Positions 1-9,860 of a DNA stretch of 64,000 bases are shown piece after piece. Source of the DNA: Candidatus Dormibacteria bacterium (GTDB lineage Bacteria > Chloroflexota > Dormibacteria > DASZGP01); contig JBHEMS010000055.1 in NCBI GenBank assembly GCA_046262455.1, positions 2,315 through 66,314 of the forward strand, read 5' to 3'. Below the pieces are notes generated by a model. It did no database searches. It was not told where the DNA came from and saw nothing but the letters and a program-made list of their open reading frames with translations. Both the position numbers and the translations under genes were made by a program. Positions within the stretch are counted from its first letter, which is position 1. The number at the start of each line of letters is the position of its first letter.

Positions 1-1
1 T

Positions 2-1537
2 CTCAGAAGCACCAGCGGACAGCCGGGCCTCTCCCTGGTTCTCGATGCTGTCGTGATCCTCCAGGTGGCGGCCCTGGGACTCCTCGCAACGGTGGTATGC
101 GCCGTGGTACCGGCCGCTCGGGCGTCGCGGGTGGCCCCGTTGGAGGCGATCCGTCCCCAGCAGCTGTTCACCGTCGAGCGGAACCGGCGCCGGACCACCG
201 CCCTTGGGGTCTCGGTGCTTGTCCTGGCCGCAGTGCTGATCGCTTCCGGGCTTGCCAGCCGTCCGGCCGATCCTCGGCTGCCCGCGTCCGAGCTCGCCGT
301 CGTCGCCACCGGCATAGTCCTTCTCTTCGGCGGGCTCATCGCCATCACCCCGGTGCTGCTTGCCCCCCTCACGAGGGTGCTGGCGTCGCCCCTTCGGGCG
401 CTGGCCCCCGCGGAGACCCTTTTGGCGCGCAACGCCCTGCTGCGGCGACCCGTACGGAGCGCGCTAACGGTCGGCGGGTTGCTGGTCAGCGGCGCCCTGG
501 TGGTCGCCGTGTCCGGGCTGAGCCAGGGCGCCCTGGATGCCGGGTCGTCATGGGTCGGCAGCCTGTTCGTCTCGGACCAGCTCCTGGTCTCGCCGGTGAG
601 GCAGCCGGACGTGGTCCGTGAGGACATCAACAAGGTCAAGGGGATCGACGCCACCTCGCCGATCGCGTTCTTCACCCTACGGGCGGGCTCGCGGGCACTG
701 AACCTCGCCGCGGTGGACCCTCTCGACTATGCCTCGCACGGGCGCTTGGAGTTTGCCCCCGGGACCCCCGCCGGCGCCTACACCCAGATGGAGGAGTCAC
801 GCTCGATCCTGGTTTCCCGTCGCCTGGCGCAGCTCGATGGGCTGCATCCCGGTGACGCGGTCCCCCTGACCGCCGCCAACGGGATCCTGACGTATCATGT
901 CGCCGCGGTCGTCGAGCATTCGCTCCCCGCCCCGGGAGGGGAGGAGACGGCCATGATCTCCCTGGCCAACGCCCGGCAGGACTTCGGCGTCACCGGCTTC
1001 AATATCCTCCAGGTCATACCGTCCCCGGGGGCCGGGGCGGCCTTCGCGGCCGACCTGGACCGCACCGCCAGCCGGTATGGCTTGCAGCCGGAACCGGTCA
1101 GTAGCGTGCAGGCAGGTGTCCGGCGTGGCCTGGATGCCCTTCTCGTGCTGCTCACGGCGGTGGGCCTGGTCGGCGTGGTCATGGGGCTGGTGTCGGTCGT
1201 CCAGACCATCCTTCTCAATATCAGCGAGTCGAGCCGTGAGATGGCATTGCTGAGGGCTGTCGGGGCCACCACCGACCAGGTTCGCGGGATCATCCTCGCG
1301 CAGTCCGGCCTGCTCTCACTCACCGGGGCCATCGGCGGGGCGGCCGTGGGCGCGCTGCTGGTTGCGGTTATGACCCGCGCGGGCGCCAGCCTTGGCTTCC
1401 AGCCGGTGTACGAGGTCCCCTGGAGCGTGATAGGCCTGGTCATCGTGGCCAGCGTCGTCGGCGCCCTTCTCGCCGTGGCCCTGCCCGCGCGCAGGGCGTC
1501 CCGCACCTCGGTGGTGGCAGCAATCCGCTACGAGTAG
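2..1537 (+). CDS. ABC transporter permease, FtsX/MacB-type (5' end lies outside the window)
   Basis: The frame of the 53..1537 ORF stays open back to position 2 with no stop, so the gene starts upstream. It is a polytopic protein with a large extracytoplasmic loop and a C-terminal FtsX-type TM module (SREMALLRAVGATTDQVRGIILAQSGLL). Confidence 0.8.
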   Translation, partial: LRSTSGQPGLSLVLDAVVILQVAALGLLATVVCAVVPAARASRVAPLEAIRPQQLFTVERNRRRTTALGVSVLVLAAVLIASGLASRPADPRLPASELAVVATGIVLLFGGLIAITPVLLAPLTRVLASPLRALAPAETLLARNALLRRPVRSALTVGGLLVSGALVVAVSGLSQGALDAGSSWVGSLFVSDQLLVSPVRQPDVVREDINKVKGIDATSPIAFFTLRAGSRALNLAAVDPLDYASHGRLEFAPGTPAGAYTQMEESRSILVSRRLAQLDGLHPGDAVPLTAANGILTYHVAAVVEHSLPAPGGEETAMISLANARQDFGVTGFNILQVIPSPGAGAAFAADLDRTASRYGLQPEPVSSVQAGVRRGLDALLVLLTAVGLVGVVMGLVSVVQTILLNISESSREMALLRAVGATTDQVRGIILAQSGLLSLTGAIGGAAVGALLVAVMTRAGASLGFQPVYEVPWSVIGLVIVASVVGALLAVALPARRASRTSVVAAIRYE

Positions 1538-1546
1538 GCTCAAGGC

Positions 1547-4360
1547 ATGAGCTTCCTGATGAGGGTCTTTGGAGACCCCAACGACCGCGAGATCGGCCGC
1601 CACATCCGTCGCGTCGAAGAGATCAACGGCTTCGAGCCCGAGATGCAGACCATGGCCGACGAAGACTTCCTTCGCCTCACCGATGAGTTCCGCTCGAGGA
1701 TCGTTGCAGCCCGCGAGACAGCGCTTGCAGTTGCCCCGGAGGTGACCCTGGAGGACCCGACCGAGGCTGCCGAGGCCGAGGCGGCCCGGCTGGAAGTAGC
1801 GGAAAAGGCGGTCGACCAGGTCCTCGAGGAGATCCTGCCGCGTGCATTTGCCGCCGTCCGGGAGGTGGCGCGACGGACGCTTGGGATGCGGCATTTCGAC
1901 GTCCAGCTCATCGGTGGCATCGTGCTTCACCAGGGAAAGATCGCCGAGATGAAGACCGGAGAGGGGAAGACCCTCGTCGCCACCCTCGCGCTTTACCTCA
2001 ACGCGCTTGCGGGCAGGGGAGCGCACCTGGTCACCGTCAACGACTACCTTGCGCGTCGCGACGCCGGGTGGAATGCCCCGCTCTACCGTGCTCTGGGAAT
2101 GACCGTCGGGGTCATCATGGGGCCGGCGCAACAGGGCGGGGGATACAACCAGTCTTTCGTCTTCGATCCTGACTTCGTCGACGAGAACCATACCGATGAC
2201 CGTCTCAAGCACCTCCGTCCGTCAAGCCGCGCGGAGGCCTACGCGACCGATATCACCTACGGCACCAACAACGAGTTCGGGTTCGACTACCTTCGCGACA
2301 ACATGGCGACGGAGCTCGAGGCCTGCGTCCAGCGGGGCCTCTACTTCGCCATCGTGGACGAGGTCGACTCGATCCTCGTCGACGAGGCGCGAACCCCGCT
2401 GATCATCAGCGGCCAGGGGACTGACTCGACGGAGAAGTACCAGCAGTACGCTCGGATCATCCCTCAACTGGAGGCCGAGACCGACTACACGGTGGATGAG
2501 AAGACCCGGTCGGCGGCACTCACCGAGGACGGCATCGCCAAGGTGGAGAAGTGGACCGGAATCCATAACCTGTACGACTTCGACAATGTCGAGGAAGCAC
2601 ACCAGGTCAACCAGGCGCTGAAGGCTCATGCGCTGTACAAGAGAGACGAGGACTACATCGTCCGGGACGGCGAGGTGGTCATCGTCGACGAGTTCACGGG
2701 TCGCAGCATGCCGGGGCGGCGCTGGTCTGACGGCCTGCACCAGGCGATCGAGGCCAAGGAGAACGTCAAGGTGCAGCAGGAGATGCAGACCCTGGCGACG
2801 ATCACCTTCCAGAACTACTTCCGGCTGTACCGAAAGCTGGCCGGCATGACCGGCACCGCCGTCACCGAGGCCGAAGAATTCGACAAGATCTACAAGCTGG
2901 AGGTGGTGGTCATCCCGACCAACCAGCCGATGGTCCGCGAGGATGCTGCCGACGTGATTTACAAGACCGAGGACAGCAAGTACCGGGCGGTGGTCGAGGA
3001 GATCGTGGAGCGCCATGCCACAGGACAGCCGGTGCTGGTGGGGACCACCGACATCGCCAAGTCCGAGCGCATCGCCCGGCTGCTCGAGAAGCGCGGCGTC
3101 ACCCACTCCGTGCTCAACGCCAAGTTCCACGAGAAAGAGGCCGACATCGTCCAGGATGCCGGGCAGGCGGCGGCGGTCACGATTGCGACCAACATGGCGG
3201 GTCGAGGCACCGACATCAAGCTCGGTGATGGCGTCGCAGAGCTTGGGGGCCTGCACATCATCGGCACCGAGCGGCACGAGTCCCGACGCATCGACAACCA
3301 GCTTCGCGGCCGCTCCGGCCGCCAGGGTGACCCCGGGAGCACCCGCTTCTACCTGTCGCTAGAGGACGAGCTGATGCGGATCTTCGGGAGCAACATGCAG
3401 CGTGTCGGCGGCCTCATGGAGGAGGACACGCCCATCGAGTCCCGGCTCGTCAGCCGCTCCATCGAGAGCGCCCAGTCGAAGGTCGAGGGTTTCAACTTCG
3501 ACGCCCGGCGCCACGTGGTCGAGTACGACGACGTCATGAATACCCAGCGAAAGATCATCTACGCCGAGCGCCGGCGCATCCTCGAAGGTGTCGACACCCG
3601 GGCGAATGTCCTTAACTTCATCCGCGAGATGATCGCGGACACCGTACCCGGGTACCTTGACGCCAAGCACCGGGACCTGTGGCGCCTGGATGAGCTGTGG
3701 GAGCACATCGGCCAGGTTGTGCCGCTACCGCCGTGGGAGCAGGTCGACAGCGCTGAGCTGGGCAATTCCCCAGAGGAGATCATCGACTCCATCCACGACA
3801 TGGTGGTGCAGGCGTACGAGAAGATGGAGCAGGAGAGCGGCGCCGATATCATGCGCTACGCCGAGCGCTGGGTCATGCTCAGCACGATCGATTCCCGCTG
3901 GGTGGCCTACCTGACGAGCATGGATCATCTCAAGGAGGCCATCCACCTCCAGGGTTACGCCCAAAAGGACCCCTTGGTGGAGTACAAGAACGAGGCCTTC
4001 TTGACCTTCGAGCAGTTGAAGCGGGACATCCAGTTCGAGATCGCCACCAACATCTTCCGCGTCGAGGTCAAGCGGGAGGATCAGAGGTCAGCCCCGCCGC
4101 CGCTGACCGAGACCATGCGGACCTCCACCTCCGGCCCCGTCCCGCCAGAGGAGGTGACCAACGGTCACCTGCCGGGCAGCGCCATACCACAAGCAGGTCC
4201 CCAGGGCCAGGCTCCGCCCCCACGTGCCCCCGTACCGCCCATCGGCCCGCCAGGGGCCATCAACGCCGCCGCAGTGGCGGCGATGGCGGGCAAGGTGGGG
4301 AGAAACGACCCCTGCCCGTGCGGGTCCGGACGGAAGTACAAGAAGTGCCACGGGCGGTGA
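1547..4360 (+). CDS. secA: Preprotein translocase ATPase SecA
   Basis: The 937-aa ORF is colinear with SecA. It has DEAD-like motor motifs (MKTGEGKTLVATL, VDEVDSILVDEARTPLIISG, ATNMAGRGTDIKLG) and the C-terminal zinc-binding tail CPCGSGRKYKKCHGR. Confidence 0.98.
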   Translation: MSFLMRVFGDPNDREIGRHIRRVEEINGFEPEMQTMADEDFLRLTDEFRSRIVAARETALAVAPEVTLEDPTEAAEAEAARLEVAEKAVDQVLEEILPRAFAAVREVARRTLGMRHFDVQLIGGIVLHQGKIAEMKTGEGKTLVATLALYLNALAGRGAHLVTVNDYLARRDAGWNAPLYRALGMTVGVIMGPAQQGGGYNQSFVFDPDFVDENHTDDRLKHLRPSSRAEAYATDITYGTNNEFGFDYLRDNMATELEACVQRGLYFAIVDEVDSILVDEARTPLIISGQGTDSTEKYQQYARIIPQLEAETDYTVDEKTRSAALTEDGIAKVEKWTGIHNLYDFDNVEEAHQVNQALKAHALYKRDEDYIVRDGEVVIVDEFTGRSMPGRRWSDGLHQAIEAKENVKVQQEMQTLATITFQNYFRLYRKLAGMTGTAVTEAEEFDKIYKLEVVVIPTNQPMVREDAADVIYKTEDSKYRAVVEEIVERHATGQPVLVGTTDIAKSERIARLLEKRGVTHSVLNAKFHEKEADIVQDAGQAAAVTIATNMAGRGTDIKLGDGVAELGGLHIIGTERHESRRIDNQLRGRSGRQGDPGSTRFYLSLEDELMRIFGSNMQRVGGLMEEDTPIESRLVSRSIESAQSKVEGFNFDARRHVVEYDDVMNTQRKIIYAERRRILEGVDTRANVLNFIREMIADTVPGYLDAKHRDLWRLDELWEHIGQVVPLPPWEQVDSAELGNSPEEIIDSIHDMVVQAYEKMEQESGADIMRYAERWVMLSTIDSRWVAYLTSMDHLKEAIHLQGYAQKDPLVEYKNEAFLTFEQLKRDIQFEIATNIFRVEVKREDQRSAPPPLTETMRTSTSGPVPPEEVTNGHLPGSAIPQAGPQGQAPPPRAPVPPIGPPGAINAAAVAAMAGKVGRNDPCPCGSGRKYKKCHGR

Positions 4361-5672
4361 GCGGCCACTGACGCAGCCCCGGACGCCCGCGCTCCGGAAC
4401 CCGCGGCTTCACTGGGCGATCCTGTTTGGCGTGGGGATCCCCGGGTTGCTCCTTTACCTCTCAACGTTCATCATCGGGCCGCTCAGGGCGGATCCAGGCA
4501 GCCGCAACGACCTCGACGTCTATCTCCGTGCCGCGGCTGACATGGCCGCCGGGCGAGACCCGTACGGCGACTTTGCCGCCGTCACGCGCCAGGTGGATCC
4601 CACCTTGACCGGCGGATACATCTATCCGCCCGGGCTGGCGTGGTGCCTGCAGCCCCTGGCCCACGTGCCGCGACCGCTCTCCCATGCCCTGGTGGCGATT
4701 GTGCTGCAGTTGCTCCTCCTCGTCTCCCTGGCGGCCATCCTGCGTGCGGTGGGGCCGGTCCCTGCGCGACTCGGCGTGCTCATCGGCCTCCTCACCATGC
4801 TGTTCTTTCCCCTCTGGCAGAACCTGGCGTACCAGCAGGTGAACCTGCTCCTGCTGGCACTCTCCTCCGTCTGGCTGGCAAGCTGGGCGGGCGGCCCGCG
4901 CCGTGAGGGGGTCGGCGAGGGTGTCGGCGGGCTGGCGGCAGGGGTGGCGGTTGCGCTCAAGCTGATCCAGGCTCCCAGCCTGGCCCTGGTGCTCTGGCGC
5001 CGTCGCTGGTCCATGTTGTGGCCGTCGCTGGTCGGCGTGCTGGCGGTGTTAATCGCGGGGTTTCCCTGGCTGGGCGAGTACGCCACCCGGGTCCTGCCCC
5101 GGGTGGGGCGGGGGACAGGATGGGTGTTGAACCAGGCCCCCGCCGCGCTCACCGCTCGCCTGCTGCACCCGGTGAGCTTCTACAGGACCACCCCGGATAC
5201 CGGCGCCGAGGTGGCGGTCACCGCCGCCGTCCTCGGGTTGCTGGTTTTCGCGCTGACCCTCAGAGTCCTGGTGCACCGACCAGCGGACCGGCGCCAGCGC
5301 TGCCTGGAAGTGGCCGCCGTGGTCGCCGCCACGCCGGTGTTCCTGCCGCTCAGCTGGGATACCCACCTGGTGCTGCTGCTGCTGCCTCTGGTGGTTTTGA
5401 CCGTGGACTCGGTAAGGAGGCGCCACGTCCCGGGAATGCTCGCGGCGGCCTTTGCCTGGCTCGTGACCGGGCCCTTGCACCTCGCCTACGTCGTGCTCTT
5501 TGGCCAACTCCTGCGTGGCCCCAACCTCAACATGGCGCTCTCGACGGGGCACCCGGCCGTCATGGTCGACATGGCCTTGCGCGTCGGCGCCGAACTCGGG
5601 CCGGTGGGGATAGTCGTGCTGTGGCTGGCGTGCCTGCGTGCTTACTCGGCTTCGTATGCTTGGTCGACTTGA
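4224..5672 (+). CDS. Polytopic membrane glycosyltransferase, DUF2029/GT87-like
   Basis: Multi-TM protein whose first loop (RNDLDVYLRAAADMAAGRDPYGD) and GGYIYPPG motif resemble PimE-like GT87 enzymes. Start is uncertain: the only in-frame ATG/GTG/TTG before the first TM helix is GTG 4224, which lies 137 nt inside secA. Confidence 0.72.
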   Translation: MPPYRPSARQGPSTPPQWRRWRARWGETTPARAGPDGSTRSATGGERPLTQPRTPALRNPRLHWAILFGVGIPGLLLYLSTFIIGPLRADPGSRNDLDVYLRAAADMAAGRDPYGDFAAVTRQVDPTLTGGYIYPPGLAWCLQPLAHVPRPLSHALVAIVLQLLLLVSLAAILRAVGPVPARLGVLIGLLTMLFFPLWQNLAYQQVNLLLLALSSVWLASWAGGPRREGVGEGVGGLAAGVAVALKLIQAPSLALVLWRRRWSMLWPSLVGVLAVLIAGFPWLGEYATRVLPRVGRGTGWVLNQAPAALTARLLHPVSFYRTTPDTGAEVAVTAAVLGLLVFALTLRVLVHRPADRRQRCLEVAAVVAATPVFLPLSWDTHLVLLLLPLVVLTVDSVRRRHVPGMLAAAFAWLVTGPLHLAYVVLFGQLLRGPNLNMALSTGHPAVMVDMALRVGAELGPVGIVVLWLACLRAYSASYAWST

Positions 5673-6803
5673 CAGAGCAGAAGAGCGCCGATGAGCTGCA
5701 GGCACACGCAGAGGATCTGTTCCGCCGTGTCCAGCAGCTGAAGGAGCACCTTTGACCTTGCCGCTCAGAAGGCACGGCTCGAGGAGCTAGAGCCCGAGCT
5801 CACCAACCCCGCCCTGTGGGAGGACCCCGCGCGAGCCCAGCAGGTGACGCGCGAGGCGGCCACCCTGCGCACGCGCGTGGAATCGCTGGAGACCCTTGAC
5901 CGCGAGGCCGCCGAGGTGGGGGAGATGCTGGAGCTGGTCGCGGTCGAGCCCGATCCGGAACTCACCTCGGACCTCGCCTCAGAACTCGATCGCCTGGAAA
6001 AGGACCTGGGCACCCGGGAACTCGATGTCCTCTTCAGCGACCCGTATGCCGAGAGCGCCGCGCTGGTCTCCCTGAGCTCGGGCGCGGGCGGCGTTGACGC
6101 GCAGGACTGGGCCGAGATGCTCCAGCAGATGTACCTCAGATGGGCCCAGAAGCGGGGGATGAAGGTGGAGATCGTCGAGGTGACCCCGGGGGAGGAGGCG
6201 GGGATCAAGGGTGCAACCATGGTGGTCACCGGTGAGCGGGCGTATGGATGGCTCAAAAGTGAGCGTGGCATCCACCGGCTGGTGCGGCTGTCGCCGTTTG
6301 ACTCTGCGCACCGCCGCCACACCTCGTTCGCGCGGGTCGAAGTCGTGCCGGAGCTGGACGACGTGACCGAGGCCCAGATCGTGATCGATGACAAGGACAT
6401 CCGGCGGGATGTGTTCCGCTCCAGTGGCGCGGGTGGGCAGCACGTCAACAAAACCTCCTCGGCGGTCCGGCTGACACACTTGCCGACCGACCTGGTGGTC
6501 AGCGTCCAGAATGAGCGGTCACAGCACCAGAACGAGGAGGTCGCGCTCAAGATCTTGCGCTCCAAGCTGGTCGCGCTGGCCCAGGAGCAGCACCTCGAGC
6601 ACGTCCAGGAGCTCAAGGGGGAGCACGTGAAAGCGGAGTGGGGCAGCCAGATCCGCTCCTACGTCCTGCAGCCGTACACCCAGGTGAAGGACCATCGCAC
6701 CGGCTTCGAGGTTGGCAATGCGAGCGGGGTGCTGGAGGACGGCGACCTTGATGGGCTGATGGAGGCCCACCTCCGGTGGGAGGCCTCCGGGGCACAGGAT
6801 TGA
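5669..6803 (+). CDS. prfB: Peptide chain release factor 2, made by a programmed +1 frameshift (5669..5752 joined to 5754..6803)
   Basis: The body ORF 5844..6803 carries SGAGGQHVNKTSSAVRLTHLPT (GGQ motif). The N-terminal ~28 codons (TEQKSADELQAHAEDLFRRVQQLKEHL) are in another frame and end at CTT TGA C. Start is TTG 5669, or alternatively TTG 5660. Confidence 0.94.
5741..5756 (+). promoter_or_regulatory. RF2 autoregulatory +1 frameshift site (SD-like AAGGAG, 3-nt spacer, CTT TGA C)
   Basis: AAGGAG CAC CTT TGA C has the same layout as the E. coli prfB recoding signal. Reading CTT then GAC (5754) continues as DLAAQKARLEELEPELTNPALWEDP. Confidence 0.9.
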
Positions 6804-8527
6804 GCCCGGCGGGGCGGTCGGGCCGGCGGTTCTTCCGTCGCCAGGCCCTGACAGCGATGGGCCTCCTGGTTCTGCCCTACGCGGTGCTCATGTTCACGGG
6901 GCCCAGGGGGTCGACATATACGGGCATCCTGTTCAACCCCAACGATACGTTCCTCTATTACGCGCAGATGGCCCAGGCCCAGCACGGCGCGTGGCTGTTC
7001 CGCGATTACTTCACCTACCTGCCTGCCCAGCCTCTGTTGGCGTACACGCTGTACTCGCTGATCGGCCACCTCGTCCCCACCGCGCTGGGGGCGATCGGCC
7101 TGGGGCTGGGCTACCACCTTGCCAGGCTGGCCCTCGCCGCCGTCTTCATCTGGCAGGCCTGGCTCCTCTACGGCGAGGCCACAGCGTCCCGGGCGGTGCG
7201 GCGAGTCGGCTTCCTGTTCCTGCTCTTCACCTCTGGCGTCGGTGTCTACCAGCTGCTGGTTCCCGCACTCAGGACGCCGGAGCCCCCGTTCGACCTGCTG
7301 ATAACCGAGAGCAGCACCTACGCGGGTCTGGTGTTCTCGCCGCATTTCGCCGCCGTACTCCTGGGAATGCTGGTGTACATGCGCATGGTCCTGATGGTGA
7401 GCCGGCGCCCCGTGCGGGGGGGGCTGGTGCCGGCGCTGGTGGGAGCGCTGGCGGCCCTGCTCGCGGTGACGATTCACCCCGACAAGGCCGCGGTCCTCGG
7501 CATCGGTACCCTGCTGTTCATCGCCTGCCAGGCGCTGACCCGCCGGGTCAGCCGCGGGGCGCTGCTGCTCACGTGCTGCATGCTGGTGCCGTCGCTGCCA
7601 TATGTCGCATACAGCTTCACCCTCACCGCCGGGGACCCGCAGATCCGGTCGCTGATGGCCCAGGGACTGCCCCACGAGGCCGTGTCCGACCCACTTGTCT
7701 ACTACGGGTTCGGGTTCGGGCTGCCCCTTCTGCTGGCCCTCGCGGGTGTTCCCCGCCTTGTCAGGATGTGGCGCCGGCCCGACGAGGGTGATGCCCTGAT
7801 GTGGGCCTTCGTCATCGCCGGCTTCGCCATCATCCTGGTGCCCTTCCACAACGTGGGTCACCGCGCCGAGGGCCTCCAGCTGGCGCTGGCGTTCCTGGCT
7901 GGCAGGGGCGCGGTGCAGGTGGTGATGCCGCGGCTGTGGCGTGCCCGGGCTTACCGTGCCCTTGCCCATCGCCGACCATTTGGCTTCTCGCGGCGCAGGC
8001 TCCGGCTGCTCACTCTGAACCTGCTGCTGATCTTCAGCTCAACCTCGGTCCTGGGTTTGACCTTCGCCAGCCCTCGCGCGGTGGTGGCGGGCGCCCCTGA
8101 GGCCTACGTCAGCCGCGACGACCGGGCGGCCCTCTCGTGGCTCAATGACCACGCCCACCGTGATGACGTGGCGGTTGGCGAGGGAACCAGCAGCCAGTTC
8201 CTGGTCGCGTACGGCGCGGTCCGGGCTGCCTGGGGAAGTTTTGCGTACACCCCCGGGTACGACCTCGAGGGCCAGCGCCTGGCCGCCTTCTACCTGGGCC
8301 GGGACGATCCCCAGAAATACCTCCAGGACCGGAGGGTTCGGTGGGTCTATTTCGGCGCCCGGGAACGGCGCTACGCCCGGATCCGGCCCGAGCAGATGCC
8401 CTTCTTGAGACCAGCCTTCTCGTCGGGCGACACGGACATCTACGAGGTGGCGCGGGCGAGCGCCGCGTCCGACGCGCCGCCTGGCCCCTCCGCCCTCCAG
8501 TGGCCCCCGTTCCGCAGGCCCAGGTAG
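6776..8527 (+). CDS. Large polytopic membrane protein, GT-C-fold glycosyltransferase-like
   Basis: 583 aa with many TM segments, an early loop NPNDTFLYYAQMAQAQHG and a C-terminal soluble domain. The call rests on architecture only. Alternative starts are TTG 6800 (overlapping the prfB TGA) and ATG 6857. Confidence 0.65.
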   Translation: MGGLRGTGLSPAGRSGRRFFRRQALTAMGLLVLPYAVLMFTGPRGSTYTGILFNPNDTFLYYAQMAQAQHGAWLFRDYFTYLPAQPLLAYTLYSLIGHLVPTALGAIGLGLGYHLARLALAAVFIWQAWLLYGEATASRAVRRVGFLFLLFTSGVGVYQLLVPALRTPEPPFDLLITESSTYAGLVFSPHFAAVLLGMLVYMRMVLMVSRRPVRGGLVPALVGALAALLAVTIHPDKAAVLGIGTLLFIACQALTRRVSRGALLLTCCMLVPSLPYVAYSFTLTAGDPQIRSLMAQGLPHEAVSDPLVYYGFGFGLPLLLALAGVPRLVRMWRRPDEGDALMWAFVIAGFAIILVPFHNVGHRAEGLQLALAFLAGRGAVQVVMPRLWRARAYRALAHRRPFGFSRRRLRLLTLNLLLIFSSTSVLGLTFASPRAVVAGAPEAYVSRDDRAALSWLNDHAHRDDVAVGEGTSSQFLVAYGAVRAAWGSFAYTPGYDLEGQRLAAFYLGRDDPQKYLQDRRVRWVYFGARERRYARIRPEQMPFLRPAFSSGDTDIYEVARASAASDAPPGPSALQWPPFRRPR

Positions 8528-9834
8528 GCCAGCACCGCCGAGAGCGCCAGCAGCATGACGCCTGGCGCTGGCCCGAGCGCGTCGGCGACGAAGCTGAGGC
8601 CGAACCGGATCTTGAGCTGCAGGTTGGCGTCGGCGGGCGCAGCCCAGTTGGAAAGCCAGACCAGCGACGCCACGAACAGCACCCCCGCCGCGAGGTTGGC
8701 TGCGCCGAGCAGCGCGACCCTGCCCTGCCGCGCCGTCGCCACCGTCGTCACGAGGACAATCAGGACGGCCGGGTAGAGCGCGTCCAGCATGCCTGTGAGG
8801 GCGTTGTTCGGAGGGTAGATCAGGATGCCGACGACCACCCCGCCGAGCAGCGCCGCGACCGCCGGCCGCGGAGGGTGGCGAGGCGGTCCCAGGAACATGA
8901 GGGTCAGGCCCAGCGCGCCCGGCAGCGTGAGGACGAAGAACGCGATGAGCCAGTTGGCGGCGGGCCGGTCTGGCCCTATGGGCTCGACCGGGAAGAAGCT
9001 GGCCGCGACGGTCACCACGCGGGTGAGCAGGTAGAGAGAGGGCCCGACCGCCTGGCGCGCCGGCACCGACGCCCGAACCATGCGACCGAGGTCGCCTCCG
9101 CTGACGCTCAGCACCCATGGGATGGCCGTGGCTGCCGCCGCCATGCCGCCCAGAAGGGTGCTGAGGACGTGGCGGCGGCGCACGATGAGGAGGACCGCCA
9201 GCCCGGCGACATACCCGAGCGCCCCGGGGTGGGTCAGCAGGGCGCCGGAAATGGCGACGCCGGTGGCGCCGGCGGCGAATCGACCGTCCTCACTGGCGAA
9301 GAGGACCGCTCCGAGGACGAAGAAACCGCATAACCCCCACGGCCAGGTGTAGACCGCGTACGCCAGCACGAAGGGCCCGACAGCCACGAACAGGAGACGC
9401 CCTGGGCCCCGCCGCCCCCCGGCGCGTTCCACCAGCAGGGCCGCCGGCCACAGCCACAGGCAGTTGAGCAGCACGGACACCACCTGGAATGCGTCGAAGC
9501 CGGGCGCGTGCGCCAGGAAGGCGCCGGCGAGGAGCTGGAAGAGGGGAGTCCGTCCCGGGATCAGGGCCATAGACGCGGAGTTGGACAAACCTGCGTAATG
9601 ACGCGCCAGCTCGTAGTGCAGCACCCAGTCCGAGTAGCGCGTTCCACCGGTGTGGAGGGTCAGCACTGCCTCAAGGCCGAGCGCCAGCAGGACAACCGCT
9701 GCCACAAGGGGGCCTGGCCGCCACAGGGCAGCCACGACCAGCAACGCCGGCGCGACGAACCAGATGCCTGCCCCGGGGTGCCCGGTCAGCAGGGCGATCT
9801 CCTGGAGCCCGGCCGCGGCACACAACAGCGCCAT
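8440..9834 (-). CDS. Polytopic membrane protein (GT-C / O-antigen-polymerase-like)
   Basis: About 12 TM segments with an early loop GGTRYSDWVLHYELARHYAG. The ORF-track start at 10098 overlaps the upstream gene. ATG 9834, 27 nt after that gene's stop, gives MALLCAAAG and is more plausible. Confidence 0.62.
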   Translation of the reverse strand: MALLCAAAGLQEIALLTGHPGAGIWFVAPALLVVAALWRPGPLVAAVVLLALGLEAVLTLHTGGTRYSDWVLHYELARHYAGLSNSASMALIPGRTPLFQLLAGAFLAHAPGFDAFQVVSVLLNCLWLWPAALLVERAGGRRGPGRLLFVAVGPFVLAYAVYTWPWGLCGFFVLGAVLFASEDGRFAAGATGVAISGALLTHPGALGYVAGLAVLLIVRRRHVLSTLLGGMAAAATAIPWVLSVSGGDLGRMVRASVPARQAVGPSLYLLTRVVTVAASFFPVEPIGPDRPAANWLIAFFVLTLPGALGLTLMFLGPPRHPPRPAVAALLGGVVVGILIYPPNNALTGMLDALYPAVLIVLVTTVATARQGRVALLGAANLAAGVLFVASLVWLSNWAAPADANLQLKIRFGLSFVADALGPAPGVMLLALSAVLAYLGLRNGGHWRAEGPGGASDAALARATS

Positions 9835-9860
9835 GGCGGCGAGGAGGGCGTGATGAGGTT

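Noticed and set aside
5018-5755. 245-aa ORF overlapping the 3' half of the first GT87-like gene.
   Set aside because: Only its last ~28 codons are meaningful; they form the prfB N-terminus before the frameshift. The rest is an alternate-frame run-on across the membrane-protein gene.
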